This document shows positions 30,502-40,803 of a DNA stretch of 64,000 nucleotides, in pieces (position 1 is the first letter of the stretch; each line of letters starts with the position of its first letter). Location: the NCBI GenBank assembly GCA_963706025.1, contig CAVPLM010000005.1:960001-1024000 (forward strand), written 5' to 3'. The notes under the pieces are model-generated. The model was given only the letters and a program-made list of their open reading frames with translations. It did no database searches and was not told the origin of the DNA. The translations under genes were made by a program, and so were the position numbers. This stretch comes from an uncultured Actinomycetes bacterium (lineage in GTDB: Bacteria > Actinomycetota > Thermoleophilia > RBG-16-64-13).

Positions 30502-31416
30502 ATGCAGCTGAAAGCTCAAACCAAGTGGGGTTGGATGATCGCCGCGTATCTCTTTCTCGCGGGACTCGGCGGTGGCGCATACGTGACCGGTGTCGTTACC
30601 GATTTCTTGGGCGAGGATTGGAGCTCCCTCTCCAAGATCGGTGTCACTCTCGGATTCCCCTGTGTTTTCGTGGGAACGATGTTCCTTATCACCGACCTGG
30701 GGACACCGGCCAACTTCTGGCGGGCCTTCATGCGGCCCCGCACCTCCTGGGTGGCCAGGGGGACGATCATCATCATGACCTTCATGGTCATCAGCATCAT
30801 CCACCTTGGCCTCTGGGTCTGGCCGTTCCATGTGCTGGAAGATGCCGAGACCGCGCGTTACGTTCTCGGAGTGGTGGGCGCCGTCTTCGCCTTCGGGACC
30901 ATGATCTACACCGGGCTCCTCCTGGGGGCCAACCGGCCGATCGCCTTCTGGAGCACCGCGTTGGTGCCGGTCATGTTCCTCGTCTCCGCTTTATCGACAG
31001 GAGCGATGGCCGTCATCCTGGCCGGGACCATCGGGGGATTGGAGCACGCCGGGCCAATATCGAGGCTGGCACGGTTCGACATTATCTTGCTGGCCCTCGA
31101 GGTAGTGGTGATCACCATGTACCTGCAGGCAACTCACCGGGTGCCCGAGTCGCGCGAATCGGCCAGACTGGTGCTGACCGGCAACGTCGCCCCGCTCTTC
31201 TGGCTCGGGGTGGTCCTCTGTGGGCTGATCATCCCGCTCGTCCTCGAACTGGTAGGCGTGTACGCCTTGGAGGGATCCGGCGCGACGGCCGTTACCGCCG
31301 TCGCCGCGGTCAGCGGATTGTTCGGCGGTCTGTGCCTGCGGCAAGTCGTGCTGTCCGGCGGCGTCCAGGCCCCGTTGCGAGCCAGCCGGTTCGAATTCGG
31401 CCTGCCGATCGTCTGA
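30502..31416 (+). CDS. NrfD/PsrC-like membrane anchor
   Basis: WGWMIAAYLFLAG, DLG.P, SW..RG, YTG, W..P motifs. Confidence 0.9.
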   Translation: MQLKAQTKWGWMIAAYLFLAGLGGGAYVTGVVTDFLGEDWSSLSKIGVTLGFPCVFVGTMFLITDLGTPANFWRAFMRPRTSWVARGTIIIMTFMVISIIHLGLWVWPFHVLEDAETARYVLGVVGAVFAFGTMIYTGLLLGANRPIAFWSTALVPVMFLVSALSTGAMAVILAGTIGGLEHAGPISRLARFDIILLALEVVVITMYLQATHRVPESRESARLVLTGNVAPLFWLGVVLCGLIIPLVLELVGVYALEGSGATAVTAVAAVSGLFGGLCLRQVVLSGGVQAPLRASRFEFGLPIV

Positions 31417-31447
31417 CCTTCGCCTCGGACCTTCGGGACTCGATCCA

Positions 31448-31490
31448 TCGGGGGGGCCCTCCGGCAGGAGGGCCCCCCCGAGTCTTTCTT
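31448..31490 (+). terminator. Intrinsic terminator
   Basis: tcggggggg ccctcc-ggca-ggaggg cccccccga followed by tctttctt. Confidence 0.8.
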
Positions 31491-31498
31491 AGAGGAAA

Positions 31499-31963
31499 CT
31501 AGACCGGGATCTTGAGCAGTTCGACGTCTTTGATCCAGATCTTGCCTTGCCCCTCCACCGCCAGGTTCAGCTTGACCAGGTCGGGGCGCTCCCCTTTCTT
31601 CAGGCGGAAGGGGATCTCGTGCGACGTCCACTCGGTGGTGCCTTTGAGCGGCTGATTCAGGCCCCGGGAGAAGAACTCGCCCCGGCCCGGCAGGCGGCAC
31701 CACATCTCCAGGAACGCCCGGCCCTTGAGGCCCTCGGATTTCAGGGTCGCGCGATAGGTCAGAAGGCATTTTTCGACATCTGGATCGGCCACCTCGAAAA
31801 GACGGACCACCTGCTCCTCCTGGGCGTCGACCAGCCAACCTTTCTCCTCGACGGCGACGTTGTCGTGGCTCAAGGGGACGTCCGCTGTGCTGAACTGCCG
31901 AATCGCTATCGGGATAGCGGCGGGTGCCGGTCTCACGAAGAACGATTTGAGCCAATCGGCCAT
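31499..31963 (-). CDS. Conserved hypothetical protein, possible jelly-roll (CBM-like) fold
   Basis: SD present; LEMWC..GEFFSRG..GTTEW..G.IWI.DV.L pattern. Confidence 0.6.
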   Translation of the reverse strand: MADWLKSFFVRPAPAAIPIAIRQFSTADVPLSHDNVAVEEKGWLVDAQEEQVVRLFEVADPDVEKCLLTYRATLKSEGLKGRAFLEMWCRLPGRGEFFSRGLNQPLKGTTEWTSHEIPFRLKKGERPDLVKLNLAVEGQGKIWIKDVELLKIPV

Positions 31964-31994
31964 TCTACTGTCTCCTCTCAGGTGGATGTGGCCG

Positions 31995-33128
31995 TCACGC
32001 CCCCTCGAACGGGAACGTGTACGGCAGCTTCAGCTCGTCGCGCAGGGTCACCAGCTCCTGCCGGAGACCGGCGTCGACGGGCACGCCCTTGTCTTTGCGT
32101 TCCTGCCAGGCCAGGTACTCTTTCTCGCCGCAGGTGTAGATGCGCTCCTTGCCCGGAGCCCTGGTGGACGCGCGCAGGGCCCGCAGGATATCGCCGGTGG
32201 TCTTCTTGAAGGCCTCGAGATCGGTGAAGCAGTCGATGTCGATGGCCATGAAGAAGTGGCCGAGCGGAATGGGGATGTCCCTACCCTGCTCGTCCTTGCC
32301 CCCGAGTTGCTTCAGGAACGCTCCCTGTGACAGGGCCGCCGACAGGATCTCGACCACCGTGGCGAAGCCGTAGCCCTTGTACCCGCCGGTCTCCTCCGTC
32401 AAGCCGCCGATGGGGGCCAGCGCGGCCGCTCCCCGGATGAGATCCTGAAGGATCTGCACGGAATCGGTGGCCGACCTGCCTTCCCGGTCGATGACCAGGC
32501 CCTCCGGGCAGTCCTTGCCCTCGCGGGCCCACTGCTCGATCTTGCCCCGCTGGATGACCGAGGTGGCGTAGTCGTTGGTGAAGGGGAACGGCTCGTCGGT
32601 GGGCATGGCGAAGACCAGGGGGTTGGTGCCGAGCATGTTGTCTACCCCGTGGGTGGGAGCGATCGAGGGACGGGCGTTGGTGCCGGTCAAGCCGATCATG
32701 CCGGCGTCGACCGCCATAAGCGAGTAGTAGGCGGCGAAGCCGTAATGGGTGGAGTTGCGGGCCACCACCATGCCCAGACCGTGCTCGCGGGCCTTGTCGA
32801 TGGCCATCTGCATGCAGCGTTTGCCGATGACCATGCCCATGCCGTCGTGGCCGTCCACAACGGCCGTCGCTTTGCAGTCGCGGACCACCTCGAACCGCGT
32901 CACCGGGTTCTGGATCCCACCCTTGACGATGCGGTCGTAGTAGATGGGCTTGAGCCGGCCGACGCCGTGGGAATCGATGCCGCGCTTGTCGGCGCTGATG
33001 AGGACGTCGGCACAGACCCGAGCGTCCGCGTCGGGGACGCCCACCCCCTTGAAGACGTCCACCATGAACGCCTCCAAGACATCGAACGGCACCCAGGAAC
33101 GACCCGAAGATCTGTCCGTTGTCGCCAT
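31995..33128 (-). CDS. Ldh-2 (malate/L-lactate/ComC/AllD family) oxidoreductase
   Basis: GIDSHG, NSTHYG, LGTNP, GYKGYG; SD AAGGAGG. Confidence 0.9.
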   Translation of the reverse strand: MATTDRSSGRSWVPFDVLEAFMVDVFKGVGVPDADARVCADVLISADKRGIDSHGVGRLKPIYYDRIVKGGIQNPVTRFEVVRDCKATAVVDGHDGMGMVIGKRCMQMAIDKAREHGLGMVVARNSTHYGFAAYYSLMAVDAGMIGLTGTNARPSIAPTHGVDNMLGTNPLVFAMPTDEPFPFTNDYATSVIQRGKIEQWAREGKDCPEGLVIDREGRSATDSVQILQDLIRGAAALAPIGGLTEETGGYKGYGFATVVEILSAALSQGAFLKQLGGKDEQGRDIPIPLGHFFMAIDIDCFTDLEAFKKTTGDILRALRASTRAPGKERIYTCGEKEYLAWQERKDKGVPVDAGLRQELVTLRDELKLPYTFPFEGA

Positions 33129-33239
33129 GTCGCCCTCCTTCCCGGCCCGGTGACGGCTCCACAGTAGCAGACCAGGACGCGATGCCGGCGGCGGTGGAAG
33201 CAGCCGTCCTCGCCCCATCCCGCCGACACAGACCCGGCG

Positions 33240-33740
33240 CTAGAGCTCGATCTCCGCCGGCGCCGGCATCGCGTCCGCGAACCACTCGGTCTCGCTGAAC
33301 TCAGCGCTCGCGATATCGTCGAGCGGCATCTTGAGATACTTCCCGCGGGCCTCCACCGCCACACTGCCGTCCTCCAGCACGATCTCACCGGTACCCTCGA
33401 ACAGCCGGGTCGAGTCGCGGGTGATGCGTCCGATCGCCTTGATCTCCCGGTCGATCGGTACCGGCTTACGGAACTTCACAGTCAGCTCGACGGTAACGCC
33501 CCAGGTGTGCGAATCGGCGATGTTGATGGCCCGGCCGATGGTCTCGTCGAGGATCGCCGAGGCCACGCCGCCGTGCAGGCGCCCGGGATAGCCCTGATGC
33601 TCCGCCTTGGGCTGAAAGACCCCGACCAATTCGCCGTTCTCGAGTTCGAAGAAGCGCGCCCCGAGGCCGGCCACGTTCTCGACTCCGCAGACCAAACACA
33701 TGCGGCTCACGTTCTGGACGGCGCGAACCTTGTGGTTCAT
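33240..33740 (-). CDS. PaaI/hotdog thioesterase
   Basis: CLVCG..N..GL, GYPGRLHGG..LDE. Confidence 0.85.
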   Translation of the reverse strand: MNHKVRAVQNVSRMCLVCGVENVAGLGARFFELENGELVGVFQPKAEHQGYPGRLHGGVASAILDETIGRAINIADSHTWGVTVELTVKFRKPVPIDREIKAIGRITRDSTRLFEGTGEIVLEDGSVAVEARGKYLKMPLDDIASAEFSETEWFADAMPAPAEIEL

Positions 33741-33818
33741 ACAGGATTCCCTTCGTGCTCGCGTGACTGCGCAGACAGACCCGGATGCGCAGCCCAGCCT
33801 ACCACCAGAAGGCGGCGG

Positions 33819-34382
33819 TCAGGAGCCGGTGGGCGTCGTGGTGTGCGCCGGCGCCCACAGGCCCAGGCTCTCGGCACGAGCCTTCCGCTGCGCTTCCCTC
33901 AACTGCGACTGGCGGGCGAGATTCGGAGGGTATTCATGGGCTCGAGCGTACCCATCGCGCACCAAGCGCTCGTTGACGAGCACCTCGCCCGCCCACACGT
34001 AGGCGAGCAGGCGCCCGAAGTCATCGCGCTCGTCCACATCCAGCTCCAGATACAGCGGACCCGACGCAAGCAGCTCCGCGTTGTGGATCGAGGCCTCCTC
34101 GCCCATGTACTCGGCCGCCGCATCAGTGTGGGCGATCTCCGGCGTGTCGATCCCGATGTACCGTACCCGCTCCTCGCTACCGTCGGGCATGCGCACCCAG
34201 ATGGTATCGCCGTCGACGACCTCGACCAATTCCACTTCGACGCGCCCCGGCGCGACGGTACCGCTTCCCTGGGACGGAGGCTGGGTCGCCGGCTCACCCC
34301 CACACCCGGCGGGCAGGATTACGGCCGGCGCCGTCAAGAGCACGGCCAGAACTAGGGCCGCGCCGGCCGGCCGCCGTTTCAC
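33819..34382 (-). CDS. Thermonuclease (SNase) lipoprotein
   Basis: VVDGDT, VRYIGIDTPE, D.FGRLLAYV, GLW; lipobox PAGC. Confidence 0.9.
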   Translation of the reverse strand: MKRRPAGAALVLAVLLTAPAVILPAGCGGEPATQPPSQGSGTVAPGRVEVELVEVVDGDTIWVRMPDGSEERVRYIGIDTPEIAHTDAAAEYMGEEASIHNAELLASGPLYLELDVDERDDFGRLLAYVWAGEVLVNERLVRDGYARAHEYPPNLARQSQLREAQRKARAESLGLWAPAHTTTPTGS

Positions 34383-34434
34383 GATCGCTCCAGCGCCGGC
34401 GCGGGCGCCGCTCTATGCCCGCGACGATACCCCA

Positions 34435-34930
34435 CTACCAGCCCAGGGTCCCCGGGTCTCCCTTGAAGGGTCCGACGATGTCGGAGGTCACCCAACCCCC
34501 ATAGAAGCCCCCCGGCTGCGGCTCCACCCGCTCGCCGTCCACAAGGCAGGCGTCCATGTCGTGCGCGTAGATGGCGATATGACCCCGGATGGACGCAAAG
34601 GGCTCGGTCGGTTCGGGGTAGCTCCAAGCGGCGTTCTCCGCCCTCCGGTCTCCGACGCACGATGGTGTAGTAGACCGCCTGGCCCTTCCACTCGCAGATG
34701 GTCCGCCGGGAAGAGGGTTGGAAGTGCTCCGTACGCACGTCTTCGCGGGGCAGATAGTATGTGGGAGGATGACTGGTCTCGAGCACCCGTTTGGCTCCCA
34801 GTGAGTCGGCGATCACCACTCCGTTGAAGATCACCTGGATATGCCGGCGGCTGTCCTCGACCCTCGGTGGCCGGGGGTAGTCCCACACCGACTCCCGGCC
34901 GGAGCCGGGCTCGTCACCATAGGTAGTCAC
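34435..34930 (-). CDS. DUF427 protein (frameshift near 34655)
   Basis: RESVWDYPRPP, VLETSHPP, CEWKG; the shifted frame ends FYGGWVT..VGPFKG.PG..GW. Confidence 0.8.
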
Positions 34931-34943
34931 GATCCCCTCCCAA

Positions 34944-35610
34944 TCACTCGAGCCCGACGACGGCCGCAGCAATCTCGGTCGCCGTCATCCCGCCCATGCG
35001 GACATCTCCGATACGGCCTTGAGGATCGATGAAGAAAGCCGTCGGAACCCCCTCCAAGCCGTAGCGAGCGCCTATCTCGTCGTTGGAGTCCATAAGAACC
35101 GGCAGTTCGCTCTCCGCTCCAAGTACGGCCCGAGGCGTCCTCCGTGGTGTCCCAGACCGCTACGATCAGCAACCCAGTGCTCTCCTTGTTGTCTCGATAG
35201 AACCTATCGAGTTCGGGAACTTCGTCCCGGCACGGGCCTCAGCCGCTCGACCAGAACACGAGAACCAGCGGCCGCCCGGCGAAGGAGTCGAGCGAGACCT
35301 CCATCCCGGAGAGTGTCACCCCGCTGAACTCGGGAGCCGGCGGCCGGTCCGAATGGGTCTGGGTAGTCGTCGTGGGCGCGGCAGTGGTCGTCGTAGGCGC
35401 CGCCGTGGTCGTGGGCGCGACCGTCGTCGTGGGCGCCAACGTGGTCGTAGGCGCCGCCGTGGCTGTCGTCTGCGCGTACGAGGTGCTCGAGCCGCCGTCG
35501 ATAGCCGTGGGCTGAGTGTCGCCGCAACCCAGGACAGCGGTCACCAGCGCAAGGGCGACGATGGCAAGTGAGGACCGCACAGAAACGTTCCCGACACTCC
35601 TAGGACTCAC
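34944..35610 (-). CDS. TlpA/redoxin-family lipoprotein with in-frame UGA (putative selenocysteine, UxxC)
   Basis: Lipobox VLGC, APEFS..LVFWSSG-TGA-GPCRDEVPEL; after one indel near 35130 it continues PVLMD..YGLEGVPTAFFIDPQG. Confidence 0.8.
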
Positions 35611-36866
35611 GAGACCCCCCTCTCCGGCGCCGGTTTCTTGCGAGTCACGACATATATTGTAGCCGCGATGGTACCCACCAAGGGGAACAGGGCCAGAAGC
35701 AGATAGCCGGATAGATAGCCCGAATCGCCGACAGAAGTGCCGTAGGCGTCCAGCAGCACCCCAAAGAGCCAGGGGGCAAAAAGCGTCCCCACCAGGTTCG
35801 TCAGATTCAGGAAACCGGTGGCCGGTCCCACCTGCTCGGGCCGAGCCACGATCTCGGGCACCGAGCCCATGATGGCCGGAAACACGGCCATCGTCAGAAA
35901 GCCCGCGATCACCACACCCGCGATCACCAGTCCCAGACCGGGCGCGACGGGAACCAGCGCGGTCGCGGCGAACATCACGGCCATTCCCGAAAGGAGGACG
36001 AACGGCTTTCCCCAGCGGGCCATGGCCGCTGCCCCGGCCACATTGCCGAGCATCTGCGCCACCCCGATCCCGGCGGTCAGGTAAGCGGCCACGGCCAGAC
36101 TGGCCCCCCGCTGATCGTTCAGGAACGCCGGGGTCCAGGCCAGCATGCCTACGACGATGGCCATCACCCCGATGTTGATCACTGCCAGGAGGATCAGACG
36201 GCGATTGACCGCCACGGCCCCCACTCCCCGGGCCAAGGCCGAGAACGAGATCATTCCTTCGGGGTGCCGAGGCTTGGCCCGGATCGCCTTCTGAGCCAGA
36301 GCCACCAAACCGATCACGATAGCGATGGCCGCTGCCGCCAGGAATACCCCTCTGTACCCACCGGCCTCATGGATGCCGGGCATGATCAGCAGGGCCGCGA
36401 CCACCCCCAGGCCATGGCCGGTGCCGAATACCCCCAGAGCGCGAGCGTGATAGCGCGGCCCGATGCTCTGTGCCATCAGAGGATTGCTCACCGGGATCAC
36501 GGTAGATCCGCCGGCCCCTTGTAGGAACCGGGCGACAAGGAACCAGGGGTACGAAGCGCTGAACGCGAAGAGGATCGATCCCAGCGCATAGACCCCGGCC
36601 CCCACGACCAGAGTCCGTCCGCCCCACCGCGCTCCGGCCAACCCCATGGGGATCGCGCCGATGGCAAAGGTGACCATGAAGATGGAAGTCAGAAACCCGA
36701 TCTGGGACGAGGAGAAGGAGAACTGTTCCTCCAGATCCTTGCCCACAATGGGCATCAGGGACAGCGCGATGCTGTTCATGGCCATGAACAGCATCAGCGA
36801 CAGAGACAGCGAATCGGCCCCCCGCCGGGTATCGAGGGAAACGCCGTAGACTGCGCCTTCCTGCAT
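35607..36866 (-). CDS. MFS transporter
   Basis: About 12 TM segments, GARWGGR, ARFLQG. Confidence 0.88.
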   Translation of the reverse strand: MQEGAVYGVSLDTRRGADSLSLSLMLFMAMNSIALSLMPIVGKDLEEQFSFSSSQIGFLTSIFMVTFAIGAIPMGLAGARWGGRTLVVGAGVYALGSILFAFSASYPWFLVARFLQGAGGSTVIPVSNPLMAQSIGPRYHARALGVFGTGHGLGVVAALLIMPGIHEAGGYRGVFLAAAAIAIVIGLVALAQKAIRAKPRHPEGMISFSALARGVGAVAVNRRLILLAVINIGVMAIVVGMLAWTPAFLNDQRGASLAVAAYLTAGIGVAQMLGNVAGAAAMARWGKPFVLLSGMAVMFAATALVPVAPGLGLVIAGVVIAGFLTMAVFPAIMGSVPEIVARPEQVGPATGFLNLTNLVGTLFAPWLFGVLLDAYGTSVGDSGYLSGYLLLALFPLVGTIAATIYVVTRKKPAPERGVS

Positions 36867-37028
36867 AGTGCCCCTTCGCCTCTGTCCCCGACCGCCGGCC
36901 CCTGCGCACTTGGACCCAGGGGCACTTCAGCATATCAGGTGGCGATCAGTGCCTTCTTCGCGCAGGAGGGGAGCGCGTGGGGTAGCCACCGTGGCGGAGC
37001 AACTCAAGGCTCCGCGGTCGCTGCAGCG

Positions 37029-38187
37029 CTAGTCCAGCATCTGCGAGGCTTTCGCCATCTCCTGAGACACCGGGATCTGCTGGGGGCAGGCCTCTACACA
37101 TTGGCCGCACTCAGTGCACGCAGAAGCTGGAGCAGTGTGACCGGCGCCCAGCTCGAACTTGTAGGTCGCAAGCTCTGCCGCGAAATCGTCGAATAGCGCC
37201 GCATTGTTGACGCAACCCAGTATGAGAGGGATGTCGATACCCTCGGGGCAGGGCAGGCAGTAGCGGCACCCGGTGCAGTCGACCGCTATGCGCGCCTGGT
37301 ACGCTTCCCGGACCTGCCCGATCAAGGCATGCTCTCCCGGGCTCAGGGATCCCGCCTGGCCCTGCGCGGCGATCTGCACATTGGCGACGACCTGCTCCAT
37401 GGCCGACATCCCGCTCAGCAGCAGGCTCACCCGGGGATCGTCCCACACGAAGCGGAGCGCCCATTCCACCGGCGCGCGCGTCACCGCAGCCGAATCCCAC
37501 AGAGCCTGCACCTCCCCGGGGGCGCGGCCGGCCAGACGTCCCCCCTTGAGCGGCTCCATCACGATCACTCCAAGACCGCGGCCGGCCGCGTACTCGAGCC
37601 CCGCTCTACCCGCCTGGTAATCCACATCCATGTAGTTGTACTGGATCTGGCAGAAGTCCCAGTCGTACGCATCGACGATGGGCGCGAACGCCGGCGGGTC
37701 GTCGTGATAGGAGAAGCCGGCATAGCGGATCCTCCCGTCGGCCCTGGCGGCATCGAGGAACCCGAGCACGCCCAGGTCGACCATCTTGGCCCAGCTTCCC
37801 GCGCTCAGACCGTGGACCAGGTAGCAGTCGATCTGACTCGCTGCGCAGCCGCTCCAGTTGACCGGCGAGGATTCTGTCCATGTCCGCGCGGGAGCCGACC
37901 ACCCACGTGGGGAGTTTAGTGGCAAGCAGCACCTTCTCCCTATAGCCGCCGGCCAGCGCTCCACCGACGAAGGCCTCGCTCTCACCCGGACGTTCGAAGC
38001 TGGTCCCGTGATAGGGAAAAGCGGTGTCGACGTAGTTGACCCCGTGGTCGATGGCGTAGTGCAGCATCTCGGTGGCGAGGGGGACATCGATGCGCTCGCG
38101 GCGTCCATCGAGGACAGGCAGGCGCATGCAGCCAAAGCCGAGGATCGATACGCGCTCGCCGGTCTTCCCGAGATCACGGTACAGCAT
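37029..38187 (-). CDS. Aldo/keto reductase with C-terminal Fe-S motifs (frameshift near 37835)
   Basis: SILGFGCMRLP, DTAFPYH, MEPLKGG, CTGCRYC..CP, CTECGQC..CP. Confidence 0.88.
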
Positions 38188-38189
38188 GG

Positions 38190-38409
38190 CGCTCCCTTTG
38201 TGCGTCATTCGTGCAGACGTGTCGGGTTCCCCGGAGAAAGAATCCAGCTTCTGGACCAGACTCTCGATCAGGTCTTCGCGCTCTCTCAAGTGGTGCTTGA
38301 GTTCTCGGGAATCGGTGTTGGCGATCTCGAAGAGCATCGCCTTTCGATATCTCTCGATGACGAAGCGGATGACCTCGATCTCCTTCATGCTCAGCGGCAC
38401 GTCAATCAT
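38190..38409 (-). CDS. Small helical hypothetical protein, in frame with the AKR start
   Basis: SD AGGAGG; EIANTD..L..RE..L pattern; no stop before the AKR ATG. Confidence 0.5.
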
Positions 38410-38481
38410 CTCAGCCTCCTTTTTGACGGGTCCCGCGTTGTTACGGCACTGAACCAGGAGCCGCTCCCCAGACCGCTCGGC

Positions 38482-39225
38482 CTACGATCCCACCCTCCTG
38501 CGGGGGAAACGCGACCTTCGCACCTCGTCCCGGACGAGTGCCGCCAACTCCTCGGGGTCATCCAACACCGGCGAGCGAACATCTCCTCCCATCGCGATGA
38601 GGACGAGGCAGCCGTCTTCCACCTTCACTTCATGGACGGCCTCGAGCGGCACCACATCGGGGCTATCGGTGTCCACGCCAAACAGCACCGCTTCCGTGGT
38701 CAACTGGATCTCACCGTTGTCCCAGACCACCCGCTCCATGCCCCGGAAGGCCCGCATGTCCTTCTCCCACAGGTCCCGGTGACTTCCGATCGCGCGGCCG
38801 TACCTTCGGGCGATGATCTCGCTGGTCCCCTTGGCGATGCTCCATCCGACATGATGGTTGGTCTCCGCGAGCCGGCGCAGATCTGCTCCGTCGATGACGA
38901 TCGCCTCCACGGGCTCCGTCGTCTCGCCGGTGGCGATGTAGCGGTAGGGCTTGGTCACGACAGCCCAACCAAGCTCCTCGCCGGCCGTTACCTCGTCCAG
39001 AACGCCGTCTGGGCCATCCAGCGTGTGCACCGTTACGATCACCTTGCCGGCCAAGAGCAAGTAGAGCCGGTCGGCCTCGGCACCCTCCTCGATGAGTCGG
39101 GTACCCGCCGGATAGTCCTCTACCCTGGAGATCTGTGCGACCGCCGCCAGCTCATCCGGACCGAGTCCGGCGAAGATGCTGAACTCCCGCAGTCGATCGA
39201 GTGGTTCGATCATGTCCCCTCCCAA
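38482..39225 (-). CDS. Cyclic-nucleotide-binding domain protein
   Basis: LIEEG..LYLLL.G.V..GEELG. Confidence 0.8.
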   Translation of the reverse strand: MGGDMIEPLDRLREFSIFAGLGPDELAAVAQISRVEDYPAGTRLIEEGAEADRLYLLLAGKVIVTVHTLDGPDGVLDEVTAGEELGWAVVTKPYRYIATGETTEPVEAIVIDGADLRRLAETNHHVGWSIAKGTSEIIARRYGRAIGSHRDLWEKDMRAFRGMERVVWDNGEIQLTTEAVLFGVDTDSPDVVPLEAVHEVKVEDGCLVLIAMGGDVRSPVLDDPEELAALVRDEVRRSRFPRRRVGS

Positions 39226-39373
39226 AAGGTAGAAGGACTCCGATCGTGGATCGCGGGGACGAGCCCCTACTTTGTCACTCCCCCCAATGGCCCAACTCTA
39301 ATCCTCTGCCCCTCTGCCCGCGCCTGCGCGCGGTCTCGGCGGCCCCGGCGCGGTGCCCGCGCCCCGACGCGGT

Positions 39374-40174
39374 CTAGTGAGGAGTCAGGCCCCCATCGAC
39401 CAGAAGCGTCTGGCAGGTCATGAAGTCGCTGTCGGGCGAGGCCAGGAAGAGGGCGGGACCGGCAAGGTCCTCTGGGACCTCGTTCCGCTCCTTGAGGGCC
39501 TGCCTGTTGCGGTTGATCTCGTACCAGTCCAGGGCATCCTTGGTCAACTCCAGTTGCGCGTCGGAAAGGGTGAAACCCGGTGCGATCGCGTTGACCCGGA
39601 TGCCGAACTCCCCGATCTCTCTCCCCAGGGAGCGGGTGAAACCTATGACCCCACCCTTGCTGGTGGTGTAGTGGATGAAGCCCGGCACTCCCTCGAAGAA
39701 GGTGGAGGAACTCAGGTTGACGACCTTGCCGTAGCCTTGCGACTTCATGTAGGGGAAGACTGCTTGGACACAGAACCACATGCCCCGCACGTTCACGGCC
39801 TGCATCTGGTCCCACTCCTCCGTGGTCCACTCGTTGAACGGTCGCCAGGTTCCCATGGTCCCGAAGAAAGCGGCATTGTTGACCAGGATGTCGATGCGCC
39901 CTCCGAAGGTGTCCGCCACCCGCTTGGCGGCAGTCTCGCATTGGCGTAGGTCGGTGATATCGCACCCCACCGCGATGGCCGTGCCCCCCGCGGCCTCGAT
40001 CTCTTTCGCGACCCGAGCTGCTCCCTGGCTATTGACGTCCAGCACCGCGACTCGGGCGCCCTCCTGCCCGAAGCGCAGGCAGATCGCCCGCCCAATGCTG
40101 TTGGTGCCTCCCCCTCCGGTGACGATGGCGACCTTGTCTTGGAGACGACCCCGCGCCCTGCCTGCATCACTCAT
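39374..40174 (-). CDS. Short-chain dehydrogenase/reductase
   Basis: VTGGG..IG, NNAA, YTTSK, VNAIAPG, VDGG. Confidence 0.92.
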   Translation of the reverse strand: MSDAGRARGRLQDKVAIVTGGGGTNSIGRAICLRFGQEGARVAVLDVNSQGAARVAKEIEAAGGTAIAVGCDITDLRQCETAAKRVADTFGGRIDILVNNAAFFGTMGTWRPFNEWTTEEWDQMQAVNVRGMWFCVQAVFPYMKSQGYGKVVNLSSSTFFEGVPGFIHYTTSKGGVIGFTRSLGREIGEFGIRVNAIAPGFTLSDAQLELTKDALDWYEINRNRQALKERNEVPEDLAGPALFLASPDSDFMTCQTLLVDGGLTPH

Positions 40175-40305
40175 GTTCTTCACCCATCTCCCGTTCCCGT
40201 GGAAAACTATAGACTGCCATGAGCATACTATGGTGGACACTTGGATTTGAAGACGCCCGCGGGTGGTAGCTCGGGCATCCGGTCAGCTGCAAGAGGAGAG
40301 AAAGC

Positions 40306-40753
40306 ATGAAACACACTCAAGGCGCCATCGGCCGGATCTTCGTGCTCCGGCTCGAAGATGGCGAGCTCTTGAACGACACCCTCGAGGTCTTCGCCCGCGA
40401 CCACGGCGTCCAGAGAGGACTGGCCTTCTACGTCGGAGGATCTGCCGAAGGGAGCAGGCTGGTGGTGGGTCCCGATGCCGGCCGTGACGATGCCATCATC
40501 CCGCTGGTCCACGTGCTGGCCGGGGCTCCAGGAGGCTTTCGCCGTGGGCACCATCTTCCCCAATGAGGCCGGCGAGCCCATGCTGCACATGCACGCCGCC
40601 TCCGGACGGGAGGGCGCCGCCACCGTGGGCTGCACCAGAGCCGGGCTGCAGACCTGGCTGGTGGGTGAAGTGGTCCTACTCGAGATAACCGGCACCGAGG
40701 CGCGTAGAGAGCTGGATGCCGGCACCGGCTTCCAGCTCCTTTCGGTGTCCTGA
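40306..40753 (+). CDS. PPC/DUF296 domain protein (frameshift near 40520)
   Basis: RLEDGE..; GTIF..LHMHAA.GR..EVVL. Confidence 0.8.
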
Positions 40754-40803
40754 TCCGTGGCCCCATACTCCTTGCCGGGCGGACCGCCCGGCTAGAACAG
40801 CCC

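Noticed and set aside
37606-38409. True fusion of the small helical protein to the AKR
   Set aside because: The AKR has its own SD (AAAGGGAG) and canonical MLYR start; a lost stop from an indel is more likely
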